The position numbers were made by a program, and so were the translations under genes. The notes beneath the pieces are model-generated. The model worked only from the letters and a program-made list of their open reading frames with translations, did no database searches and was not told where the DNA came from. Shown piece after piece: positions 48,781 to 61,869 of a stretch of DNA of 64,000 nucleotides. Source of the DNA: Eledone cirrhosa (Eukaryota); NCBI GenBank assembly GCA_964016885.1, contig OZ024741.1:248496001-248560000 (forward strand), written 5' to 3'. Each line of letters opens with the position of its first letter. The first letter of the stretch is position 1.

Positions 48781-51700
48781 CAGCCTCCAAGGGGAGATAA
48801 TTTCCCGCCAGCCAAGGAGAGATAACATTTAAAAAAATCAGGCGGAGATAATTTGTAAAAAAAATCAGGGGGAGATAATTTGTAAAAAAATCAGGGGGAA
48901 ATAATTTGTAAAAAAAATCAGGGGTAGATAATTTCCAGCCGTCCAAGGGGAGATAATTTCCATCCTTCCAAGGGGAGATAATTTCCAGCCGTCCAAGGGG
49001 AGATAATTTCCCGCCAGCCAAGGAGAGATAATATTTAAAAAAATCAGGCGGAGATAATTTGTAAAAAAAATCAGGGGGAGATAATTTGTAAAAAAATCAG
49101 GGGGAGATAATTTGTAAAAAAAAATCAGGGGGAGATAATTTGTAAAAAAAATCAGGGGGAGATAATTTGTAAAAAAAAATCAGGGGTAGATAATTTGTAA
49201 AAAAAAATCAGGGGGAGATAATTTGTAAAAAAAAATCAGGGGGAGATAATTTGTAAAAAAATCAAGGGGAGATAATTTCCAGCCGTCCAAGGGGAGATAA
49301 TTTTCAGCCGTCCAAGGAGAGGTAATTTCTAGCCGTCCAAGGGGAGATAATTTCCAGCCGTCCAAGGGGAGATAATTTTTTTAAAAAAATCAGGCGGAGA
49401 TAATTTGTAAACAAAAATCAGGGGGAGATAATTTGTAAAAAAAAATCAGGGGGAGATAATTTGTAAAAAAAAATCAGGGGGAGATAATTTGTAAAAAAAA
49501 TCAAGGGGAGATAATTTCCAGCCGTCCAAGGGGAGGTAATATCTAGCCATCCAAGGGGAGATAATTTCCAGCCGTCCAAGGGGAGATAATTTCCAGCCGT
49601 CCAAGGGGAGATAATATCCAGCCGTCCAAGGAGACATATTTTCCAGCCGTCCAAGGAGACGTAATTTCTAGCCGTCCAAGGGGAGATAAGTTCCAGCCTC
49701 CAAGGGGAGATAATTTCCAGCCAGCCAAGGGGAGATAATTTGTAAAAAAATTAGGGGGAGATAATTTGTAAAAAAAAATTAGGGGGAGATAATTTGTAAA
49801 AAAAAATCAGGGGGAGATAATTTGTAAAAAAAAATCAGGGGGAGATAATTTGTAAAAAAAAATCAGGGGGAGATAATTTGTAAAAAAAATCAAGGGGAGA
49901 TAATTTCCAGCCGTCCAAGGGGAGATAATTTTCAGCCGTCCAAGGAGAGGTAAATTCTAGCCGTCCAAGGAGATATAATTTCCAGCCGTCCAAGGGGAGA
50001 TAATTTCCAGCCGTCCAAGGGGAGATAATTTTTAAAAAAAAATCAGGCGGAGATAATTTGTAAACAAAAATCAGGGGGAGATAATTTTTAAAAAAAAATC
50101 AGGGGGAGATAATTTGTAAAAAAAAATCAGGGGGAGATAATTTGTAAAAAAAATCAAGGGGAGATAATTTCCAGCCGTCCAAGGGGAGGTAATATCTAGC
50201 CATCCAAGGGGAGATAATTTCCAGCCGTCCAAGGGGAGATAATTTCCAGCCGTCCAAGGGGAGATAATATCCAGCCGTCCAAGGAGACATATTTTCCAGC
50301 CGTCCAAGGAGAGGTAATTTCTAGCCGTCCAAGGGGAGATAAGTTCCAGCCTCCAAGGGGAGATAATTTCCAGCCAGCCAAGGGGAGATAATTTGTAAAA
50401 AAATCAGGGGGGAGATAATTTGTAAAAAAAATCAGGGGGAGATAATTTGAAAAAAAAATCAGGGGGAGATAATTTGTAAAAAATATCAAGGGGAGATAAT
50501 TTCCAGCCCTCCAAGGGGCTATAATTTCCAGCCGTGCAAGGGGAGATAATTTCCAGCCGTCCAAGGGGAGATAATTTCCATCCTTCCAAGGGGAGATAAT
50601 TTCCAGCCGTCCAAGGGGAGATAATTTCCCGCCAGCCAAGGGAAGATAATTTTTTTAAAAATCAGGCGGAGATTGTAAAAAAAATCAGGGGGAGATAATT
50701 TGTAAAAAAATCAGGGGGAGATAATTTGTAAAAAAAATCAGGGGGAGATAATTTGTAAAAAAAAATCAGGGGGAGATAATTTGTAAAAAAAATCAGGGGG
50801 AGATAATTTGTAAAAAAAATCAGGGGTAGATAATTTGTAAAAAAAATCAGGGGGAGATAATTTGTAAAAAAAATCAGGGGGAGATAATTTGTAAAAAAAA
50901 TCAGGGGTAGATAATTTTCAGCCGTCCAAGGGGAGATAATTTCCATCCTTCCAAGGGGAGATAATTTCCAGCCGTCCAAGGGGAGATAATTTCCCGCCAG
51001 CCAAGGAGAGATAACATTTAAAAAAATCAGGCGGAGATAATTTGTAAAGAAATCAGGGGGAGATAATTTGTAAAAAAAAATCAGGGGGAGATAATTCGTA
51101 AAAAAAAATCAGGGGGAGATAATTTGTAAAAAAAAATCAGGGGTAGATAATTTGTAAAAAAAAATCAGGGGGAGATAATTTGTAAAAAAAAAATCAGGGG
51201 GAGATAATATGTAAAAAAATCAAGGGGAGATAATTTCCAGCCGTCCAAGGGGAGATAATTTTCAGCCGTCCAAGGAGAGGTAATTTCTAGCCGTCCAAGG
51301 GGAGATAATTTCCAGCCGTCCAAGGGGAGATAATTTTTTTAAAAAAATCAGGCGGAGATAATTTGTAAACAAAAATCAGGGGGAGATAATTTGTAAAAAA
51401 AAATCAGGGGGAGATAATTTGTAAAAAAAAATCAGGGGGAGATAATTTGTAAAAAAAATCAAGGGGAGATAATTTGTAAAAAAAAATCAGGGGTAGATAA
51501 TTTGTAAAAAAAAATCAGGGGGAAATAATTTGTAAAAAAAAAATCAGGGGGAGATAATTTGTAAAAAAATCAAGGGGAGATAATTTCCAGCCGTCCAAGG
51601 GGAGATAATTTTCAGCCGTCCAAGGAGAGGTAATTTCTAGCCGTCCAAGGGGAGATAATTTCCAGCCAGCCAAGGGGAGATAATTTGTAAAAAAATCAGA

Positions 51701-54700
51701 TGTAGATAATTTGTAAAAAAAAATCAGGGGGAGATAATTTGTAAAAAAAATCAGGGGGAGATAATTTGTAAAAAAAATCAGGGGTAGATAATTTCCAGCC
51801 GTCCAAGGGGAGATAATTTCCATCCTTCCAAGGGGAGATAATTTCCAGCCGTCCAAGGGGAGATAATTTCCCGCCAGCCAAGGAGAGATAATATTTAAAA
51901 AAATCAGGCGGAGATAATTTGTAAAAAAAATCAGGGGGAGATAATTTGTAAAAAAAAATCAGGGGAGATAATTTGTAAAAAAAATCAGGGGGAGATAATT
52001 TGTAAAAAAAAATCAGGGGTAGATAATTTGTAAAAAAAAATCAGGGGGAGATAATTTGTAAAAAAAAAATCAGGGGGAGATAATTTGTAAAAAAATCAAG
52101 GGGAGATAATTTCCAGCCGTCCAAGGGGAGATAATTTTCAGCCGTCCAAGGAGGTAATTTCTAGCCGTCCAAGGGGAGATAATTTCCAGCCGTCCAAGAG
52201 GAGATAATTTTTTTAAAAAAATCAGGCGGAGATAATTTGTAAACAAAAATCAGGGGGAGATAATTTGTAAAAAAAAATCAGGGGGAGATAATTTGTAAAA
52301 AAAAATCAGGGGGAGATAATTTGTAAAAAAAATCAAGGGGAGATAATTTCCAGCCGTCCAAGGGGAGGTAATATCTAGCCATCCAAGGGGAGATAATTTC
52401 CAGCCGTCCAAGGGGAGATAATTTCCAGCCGTCCAAGGGGAGATAATATCCAGCCGTCCAAGGAGACATATTTTCCAGCCGTCCAAGGAGACGTAATTTC
52501 TAGCCGTCCAAGGGGAGATAAGTTCCAGCCTCCAAGGGGAGATAATTTCCAGCCAGCCAAGGGGAGATAATTTGTAAAAAAATTAGGGGGAGATAATTTG
52601 TAAAAAAAAATTAGGGGGAGATAATTTGTAAAAAAAAATCAGGGGGAGATAATTTGTAAAAAAAAATCAGGGGGAGATAATTTGTAAAAAAAATCAAGGG
52701 TAGATAATTTCCAGCCAGCCAAGGGGAGATAATTTGTAAAAAAATTAGGGGGAGATAATTTGTAAAAAAAAATTAGGGGGAGATAATTTGTAAAAAAAAA
52801 TCAGGGGGAGATAATTTGTAAAAAAAAATCAGGGGGAGATAATTTGTAAAAAAAAATCAGGGGGAGATAATTTGTAAAAAAAAAATCAGGCGGAGATAAT
52901 TTGTAAAAAAATCAAGGGGAGATAATTTCCAGCCGTCCAAGGGGAGATAATTTTCAGCCGTCCAAGGAGAGGTAATTTCTAGCCGTCCAAGGGGAGATAA
53001 TTTCCAGCCGTCCAAGGGGAGATAATTTTTTTAAAAAAATCAGGCGTAGATAATTTGTAAACAAAAATCAGGGGGAGATAATTTGTAAAAAAAAATCAGG
53101 GGGAGATAATTTGTAAAAAAAATCAGGGGGAGATAATTTGTAAAAAAAATCAAGGGGAGATAATTTGTAAAAAAAAATCAGGGGTAGATAATTTGTAAAA
53201 AAAAATCAGGGGTAGATAATTTGTAAAAAAAAAATCAGGGGGAGATAATTTGTAAAAAAATCAAGGGGAGATAATTTCCAGCCGTCCAAGGGGAGATAAT
53301 TTTCAGCCGTCCAAGGAGAGGTAATTTCTAGCCGTCCAAGGGGAGATAATTTCCAGCCAGCCAAGGGGAGATAATTTGTAAAAAAATCAGGGGTAGATAA
53401 TTTGTAAAAAAAAATCAGGGGGAGATAATTTGTAAAAAAAATCAGGGGGAGATAATTTGTAAAAAAAATCAGGGGTACATAATTTCCAGCCGTCCAAGGG
53501 GAGATAATTTCCATCCTTCCAAGGGGAGATAATTTCCAGCCGTCCAAGGGGAGATAATTTCCCGCCAGCCAAGGAGAGATAACATTTAAAAAAATCAGGC
53601 GGAGATAATTTGTAAAAAAAATCAGGGGGAGATAATTTGTAAAAAAATCAGGGGGAGATAATTTGTAAAAAAAATCAGGGGTAGATAATTTCCAGCCGTC
53701 CAAGGGGAGATAATTTCCATCCTTCCAAGGGGAGATAATTTCCAGCCGTCCAAGGGGAGATAATTTCCCGCCAGCCAAGGAGAGATAATATTTAAAAAAA
53801 TCAGGCGGAGATAATTTGTAAAAAAAATCAGGGGGAGATAATTTGTAAAAAAATCAGGAGGAGATAATTTGTAAAAAAAAATCAGGGGAGATAATTTGTA
53901 AAAAAAATCAGGGGGAGATAATTTGTAAAAAAAAATCAGGGGTAGATAATTTGTAAAAAAAATCAGGGGGAGATAATTTGTAAAAAAAAAATCAGGGGGA
54001 GATAATTTGTAAAAAAATCAAGGGGAGATAATTTCCAGCCGTCCAAGGGGAGATAATTTTCAGCCGTCCAAGGAGGTAATTTCTAGCCGTCCAAGGGGAG
54101 ATAATTTCCAGCCGTCCAAGGGGAGATAATTTTTTAAAAAAAATCAGGCGGAGATAATTTGTAAACAAAAATCAGGGGGAGATAATTTGTAAAAAAAAAT
54201 CAGGGGGAGATAATTTGTAAAAAAAAATCAGGGGGAGATAATTTGTAAAAAAAATCAAGGGGAGATAATTTCCAGCCGTCCAAGGTGAGGTAATATCTAG
54301 CCATCCAAGGGGAGATAATTTCCAGCCGTCCAAGGGGAGATAATTTCCAGCCGTCCAAGGGGAGATAATATCCAGCCGTCCAAGGAGACATATTTTCCAG
54401 CCGTACAAGGAGAGGTAATTTCTAGCCGTCCAAGGGGAGATAAGTTCCAGCCTCCAAGGGGAGATAATTTCCAGCCAGCCAAGGGGAGATAATTTGTAAA
54501 AAAATCAGGGGGAGATAATTTGTAAAAAAAAAATCAGGGGGAGATAATTTGTAAAAAAATCAGGGGGAGATAATTTGTAAAAAAAAAATCAGGGGGAGAT
54601 AATTTGTAAAAAAAATCAGGGGGAGATAATTTGTAGAAAAAATCAGGGGTAGATAATTTGTAAAAAAAATCAGGGGGAGATAATTTGTAAAAAAAATCAG

Positions 54701-57700
54701 GGGGAGATAATTTGTAAAAAAAATCAGGGGTAGATAATTTTCAGCCGTCCAAGGGGAGATAATTTCCATCCTTCCAAGGGGAGATAATTTCCAGCCGTCC
54801 AAGGGGAGATAATTTCCCGCCAGCCAAGGAGAGATAACATTTAAAAAAATCAGGCGGAGATAATTTCTAAAAAAAATCAGGGGGAGATAATTTGTAAAAA
54901 AATCAGGGGGAGATAATTTGTAAAAAAAATCAGGGGTAGATAATTTCCAGCCGTCCAAGGGGAGATAATTTCCATCCTTCCAAGGGGAGATAATTTCCAG
55001 CCGTCCAAGGGGAGATAATTTCCGGCCAGCCAAGGAGAGATAATATTTAAAAAAATCAGGCGGAGATAATTTGTAAAAAAAATCAGGGGGAGATAATTTG
55101 TAAAAAAATCAGGGGGAGATAATTTGTAAAAAAAAATCAGGGGGAGATAATTTGTAAAAAAAATCAGGGGGAGATAATTTGTAAAAAAAATCAGGGGTAG
55201 ATAATTTGTAAAAAAAAATCAGGGGGAGATAATTTGTAAAAAAAAAATCAGGGGGAGATAATTTGTAAAAAAATCAAGGGGAGATAATTTCCAGCCGTCC
55301 AAGGGGAGATAATTTCCATCCTTCCAAGGGGAGATAATTTCCAGCCGTCCAAGGGGAGATAATTTCCCGCCAGCCAAGGAGAGATAACATTTAAAAAAAT
55401 CAGGCGGAGATAATTTCTAAAAAAAATCAGGGGGAGATAATTTGTAAAAAAATCAGGGGGAGATAATTTGTAAAAAAAATCAGGGGTAGATAATTTCCAG
55501 CCGTCCAAGGGGAGATAATTTCCATCCTTCCAAGGGGAGATAATTTCCAGCCGTCCAAGGGGAGATAATTTCCGGCCAGCCAACGAGAGATAATATTTAA
55601 AAAAATCAGGCGGAGATAATTTGTAAAAAAAATCAGGGGGAGATAATTTGTAAAAAAATCAGGGGGAGATAATTTGTAAAAAAAAATCAGGGGGAGATAA
55701 TTTGTAAAAAAAATCAGGGGGAGATAATTTGTAAAAAAAATCAGGGGTAGATAATTTGTAAAAAAAAATCAGGGGGAGATAATTTGTAAAAAAAAAATCA
55801 GGGGGAGATAATTTGTAAAAAAATCAAGGGGAGATAATTTCCAGCCGTCCAAGGGGAGATAATTTTCAGCCGTCCAAGGAGAGGTAATTTCTAGCCGTCC
55901 AAGGGGAGATAATTTCCAGCCGTCCAAGGGGAGATAATTTTTTTAAAAAAATCAGGCGGAGATAATTTGTAAACAAAAATCAGGGGGAGATAATTTGTAA
56001 AAAAAAATCAGGGGGAGATAATTTGTAAAAAAAAATCAGGGGGAGATAATTTGTAAAAAAAATCAAGGGGAGATAATTTCCAGCCGTCCAATGGGAGGTA
56101 ATATCTAGCCATCCAAGGGGAGATAATTTCCAGCCGTCCAAGGGGAGATAATATCCAGCCGTCCAAGGAGACATATTTTCCAGCCGTCCAAGGAGAGGTA
56201 ATTTCTAGCCGTCCAAGGGGAGATAAGTTCCAGCCTCCAAGGGGAGATAATTTCCCGCCAGCCAAGGAGAGATAACATTTAAAAAAATCAGGCGGAGATA
56301 ATTTGTAAAAAAAATCAGGGGGAGATAATTTGTAAAAAAATCAGGGGGAGATAATTTGTAAAAAAAATCAGGGGTAGATAATTTCCAGCCGTCCAAGGGG
56401 AGATAATTTCCATCCTTCCAAGGGGAGATAATTTCCAGCCGTCCAAGGGGAGATAATTTCCCGCCAGCCAAGGAGAGATAATATTTAAAAAAATCAGGCG
56501 GAGATAATTTGTAAAAAAAATCAGGGGGAGATAATTTGTAAAAAAATCAGGGGGAGATAATTTGTAAAAAAAAATCAGGGGGAGATAATTTGTAAAAAAA
56601 ATCAGGGGGAGATAATTTGTAAAAAAAAATCAGGGGTAGATAATTTGTAAAAAAAAATCAGGGGGAGATAATTTGTAAAAAAAAATCAGGGGGAGATAAT
56701 TTGTAAAAAAATCAAGGGGAGATAATTTCCAGCCGTCCAAGGGGAGATAATTTTCAGCCGTCCAAGGAGAGGTAATTTCTAGCCGTCCAAGGGGAGATAA
56801 TTTCCAGCCGTCCAAGGGGAGATAATTTTTTTTAAAAAATCAGGCGGAGATAATTTGTAAACAAAAATCAGGGGGAGATAATTTGTAAAAAAAAATCAGG
56901 GGGAGATAATTTGTAAAAAAAAATCAGGGGGAGATAATTTGTAAAAAAAATCAAGGGGAGATAATTTCCAGCCGTCCAAGGGGAGGTAATATCTAGCCAT
57001 CCAAGGGGAGATAATTTCCAGCCGTCCAAGGGGAGATAATTTCCAGCCGTCCAAGGGGAGATAATATCCAGCCGTCCAAGGAGACATATTTTCCAGCCGT
57101 CCAAGGAGACGTAATTTCTAGCCGTCCAAGGGGAGATAAGTTCCAGCCTCCAAGGGGAGATAATTTCCAGCCAGCCAAGGGGAGATAATTTGTAAAAAAA
57201 TTAGGGGGAGATAATTTGTAAAAAAAAATTAGGGGGAGATAATTTGTAAAAAAAAATCAGGGGGAGATAATTTGTAAAAAAAAATCAGGGGGAGATAATT
57301 TGTAAAAAAAAATCAGGGGGAGATAATTTGTAAAAAAAATCAAGGGGAGATAATTTCCAGCCGTCCAAGGGGAGATAATTTTCAGCCGTCCAAGGATAGG
57401 TAAATTCTAGCCGTCCAAGGAGATATAATTTCCAGCCGTCCAAGGGGAGATAATTTCCAGCCGTCCAAGGGGAGATAATTTTTAAAAAAAAATCAGGCGG
57501 AGATAATTTGTAAACAAAAATCAGGGGGAGATAATTTTTAAAAAAAAATCAGGGGGAGATAATTTGTAAAAAAAAATCAGGGGGAGATAATTTGTAAAAA
57601 AAATCAAGGGGAGATAATTTCCAGCCGTCCAAGGGGAGGTAATATCTAGCCATCCAAGGGGAGATAATTTCCAGCCGTCCAAGGGGAGATAATTTCCAGC

Positions 57701-59900
57701 CGTCCAAGGGGAGATAATATCCAGCCGTCCAAGGAGACATATTTTCCAGCCGTCCAAGGAGAGGTAATTTCTAGCCGTCCAAGGGGAGATAAGTTCCAGC
57801 CTCCAAGGGGAGATAATTTCCAGCCAGCCAAGGGGAGATAATTTGTAAAAAAATCAGGGGGGAGATAATTTGTAAAAAAAATCAGGGGGAGATAATTTGA
57901 AAAAAAAATCAGGGGGAGATAATTTGTAAAAAATATCAAGGGGAGATAATTTCCAGCCCTCCAAGGGGCTATAATTTCCAGCCGTGCAAGGGGAGATAAT
58001 TTCCAGCCGTCCAAGGGGAGATAATTTCCATCCTTCCAAGGGGAGATAATTTCCAGCCGTCCAAGGGGAGATAATTTCCCGCCAGCCAAGGGAAGATAAT
58101 TTTTTAAAAAATCAGGCGGAGATTGTAAAAAAAATCAGGGGGAGATAATTTGTAAAAAAATCAGGGGGAGATAATTTGTAAAAAAAATCAGGGGTAGATA
58201 ATTTGTAAAAAAAATCAGGGGGAGATAATTTGTAAAAAAAATCAGGGGGAGATAATTTGTAAAAAAAATCAGGGGTAGATAATTTTCAGCCGTCCAAGGG
58301 GAGATAATTTCCATCCTTCCAATGGGAGATAATTTCCAGCCGTCCAAGGGGAGATAATTTCCCGCCAGCCAAGGAGAGATAACATATAAAAAAATCAGGC
58401 GGAGATAATTTGTAAAAAAATCAGGGGGAGATAATTTGTAAAAAAAAATCAGGGGGAGATAATAAGTAAAAAAAAATCAGGGGGAGATAATTTGTAAAAA
58501 AAAATCAGGGGTAGATAATTTGTAAAAAAAAATCAGGGGGAGATAATTTGTAAAAAAAAAATCAGGGGGAGATAATTTGTAAAAAAATCAAGGGGAGATA
58601 ATTTCCAGCCGTCCAAGGGGAGATAATTTTCAGCCGTCCAAGGAGAGGTAATTTCTAGCCGTCCAAGGGGAGATAATTTCCAGCCGTCCAAGGGGAGATA
58701 ATTTTTTTAAAAAAATCAGGCGGAGATAATTTGTAAACAAAAATCAGGGGGAGATAATTTGTAAAAAAAAATCAGGGGGAGATAATTTGTAAAAAAAAAT
58801 CAGGGGGAGATAATTTGTAAAAAAAATCAAGGGGAGATAATTTGTAAAAAAAAATCAGGGGTAGATAATTTGTAAAAAAAAATCAGGGGGAAATAATTTG
58901 TAAAAAAAAAATCAGGGGGAGATAATTTGTAAAAAAATCAAGGGGAGATAATTTCCAGCCGTCCAAGGGGAGATAATTTTCAGCCGTCCAAGGAGAGGTA
59001 ATTTCTAGCCGTCCAAGGGGAGATAATTTCCAGCCAGCCAAGGGGAGATAATTTGTAAAAAAATCAGATGTAGATAATTTGTAAAAAAAAATCAGGGGGA
59101 GATAATTTGTAAAAAAAATCAGGGGGAGATAATTTGTAAAAAAAATCAGGGGTAGATAATTTCCAGCCGTCCAAGGGGAGATAATTTCCATCCTTCCAAG
59201 GGGAGATAATTTCCAGCCGTCCAAGGGGAGATAATTTCCCGCCAGCCAAGGAGAGATAATATTTTAAAAAATCAGGCGGAGATAATTTGTAAAAAAAATC
59301 AGGGGGAGATAATTTGTAAAAAAATCAGGGGGAGATAATTTGTAAAAAAAAATCAGGGGAGATAATTTGTAAAAAAAATCAGGGGGAGATAATTTGTAAA
59401 AAAAAATCAGGGGTAGATAATTTGTAAAAAAAAATCAGGGGGAGATAATTTGTAAAAAAAAAATCAGGGGGAGATAATTTGTAAAAAAATCAAGGGGAGA
59501 TAATTTCCAGCCGTCCAAGGGGAGATAATTTTCAGCCGTCCAAGGAGGTAATTTCTAGCCGTCCAAGGGGAGATAATTTCCAGCCGTCCAAGGGGAGATA
59601 ATTTTTTTTTAAAAATCAGGCGGAGATAATTTGTAAACAAAAATCAGGGGGAGATAATTTGTAAAAAAAAATCAGGGGGAGATAATTTGTAAAAAAAAAT
59701 CAGGGGGAGATAATTTGTAAAAAAAATCAAGGGGAGATAATTTCCAGCCATCCAAGGGGAGGTAATATCTAGCCATCCAAGGGGAGATAATTTCCAGCCG
59801 TCCAAGGGGAGATAATTTCCAGCTGTCCAAGGGGAGATAATATCCAGCCGTCCAAGGAGACATATTTTCCAGCCGTCCAAGGAGAGGTAATTTCTAGCCG
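48300..59900 (+). repeat. Higher-order duplication, offset ~7.4 kb (7,368-7,450 bp), overlapping a ~6.9 kb-offset duplication (45.3-48.3 kb vs 52.2-55.2 kb)
   Basis: ORF offsets 48755->56205, 50196->57646, 51515->58883; also 46281->53206 and 47635->54560. Shared CAGATGTAGA variant at 51697/59065. Boundaries approximate. Confidence 0.85.
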
Positions 59901-61869
59901 TCCAAGGGGAGATAAGTTCCAGCCTCCAAGGGGAGAAAATTTCCAGCCAGCCAAGGGGAGATAATTTGTAAAAAAATCAGGGGGAGATAATTTGTAAAAA
60001 AAAAATCAGGGGGAGATAATTTGTAAAAAAATCAGGGGGAGATAATTTGTAAAAAAAAAATCAGGGGGAGATAATTTGTAAAAAAAATCAGGGGGAGATA
60101 ATTTGTAGAAAAAATCAGGGGTAGATAATTTGTAAAAAAAATCAGGGGGAGATAATTTGTAAAAAAATCAGGGGGAGATAATTTGTAAAAAAAATCAGGG
60201 GTAGATAATTTTCAGCCGTCCAAGGGGAGATAATTTCCATCCTTCCAAGGGGAGATAATTTCCAGCCGTCCAAGGGGAGATAATTTCCCGCCAGCCAAGG
60301 AGAGATAACATTTAAAAAAATCAGGCGGAGATAATTTGTAAAAAAAATCAGGGGGAGATAATTTGTAAAAAAATCAGGGGGAGATAATTTGTAAAAAAAA
60401 TCAGGGGTAGATAATTTCCAGCCGTCCAAGGGGAGATAATTTCCATCCTTCCAAGGGGAGATAATTTCCAGCCGTCCAAGGGGAGATAATTTCCCGCCAG
60501 CCAAGGAGAGATAATATTTAAAAAAATCAGGCGGAGATAATTTGTAAAAAAAATCAGGCGGAGATAATTTGTAAAAAAAAATCAGGGGGAGATAATTTGT
60601 AAAAAAAAATCAGGGGGAGATAATTTGTAAAAAAAAATCAGGGGGAGATAATTTGTAAAAAAAATCAAGGGGAGATAATTTCCAGCCGTCCAAGGGGAGA
60701 TAATTTTCAGCCGTCCAAGGAGAGGTAAATTCTAGCCGTCCAAGGAGATATAATTTCCAGCCGTCCAAGGGGAGATAATTTCCAGCCGTCCAAGGGGAGA
60801 TAATTTTTAAAAAAAAATCAGGCGGAGATAATTTGTAAACAAAAATCAGGGGGAGATAATTTTTAAAAAAAAATCAGGGGGAGATAATTTGTAAAAAAAA
60901 ATCAGGGGGAGATAATTTGTAAAAATAATCAAGGGGAGATAATTTTCAGCCGTCCAAGGGGAGGTAATATCTAGCCATCCAAGGGGAGATAATTTCCAGC
61001 CGTCCAAGGGGAGATAATTTCCAGCCGTCCAAGGGGAGATAATATCCAGCCGTCCAAGGAGACATATTTTCCAGCCGTCCAAGGAGAGGTAATTTCTAGC
61101 CGTCCAAGGGGAGATAAGTGCCAGCCTCCAAGGGGAGATAATTTCCAGCCAGCCAAGGGGAGATAATTTGTAAAAAAATCAGGGGGGAGATAATTTGTAA
61201 AAAAAATCAGGGGGAGATAATTTGAAAAAAAAATCAGGGGGAGATAATTTGTAAAAAATATGAAGGGGAGATAATTTCCAGCCCTCCAAGGGGCTATAAT
61301 TTCCAGCCGTGCAAGGGGAGATAATTTCCAGCCGTCCAAGGGGAGATAATTTCCATCCTTCCAAGGGGAGATAATTTCCAGCCGTCCAAGGGGAGATAAT
61401 TTCCCGCCAGCCAAGGGAAGATAATTTTTTAAAAAATCAGGCGGAGATTGTAAAAAAAATCAGGGGGAGATAATTTGTAAAAAAATCAGGGGGAGATAAT
61501 TTGTAAAAAAAAAATCAGGGGGAGATAATTTGTAAAAAAAAATCAGGGGGAGATAATTTGTAAAAAAAATCAGGGGGAGATAATTTGTAAAAAAAATCAG
61601 GGGTAGATAATTTTCAGCCGTCCAAGGGGAGATAATTTCCATCCTTCCAAGGGGAGATAATTTCCAGCCGTCCAAGCGGAGATAATTTCCCGCCAGCCAA
61701 GGAGAGATAACATTTAAAAAAATCAGGCGGAGATAATTTGTAAAAAAATCAGGGGGAGATAATTTGTAAAAAAAATCAGGGGTAGATAATTTTCAGCCGT
61801 CCAAGGGGAGATAATTTCCATCCTTCCAAGGGGAGATAATTTCCAGCCGTCCAAGGGGAGATAATTTCC

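Noticed and set aside
39107-57240. TTAGGG hexamers suggesting telomeric repeats
   Set aside because: They are single C>T variants of TCAGGGGG inside A monomers and are never tandem.
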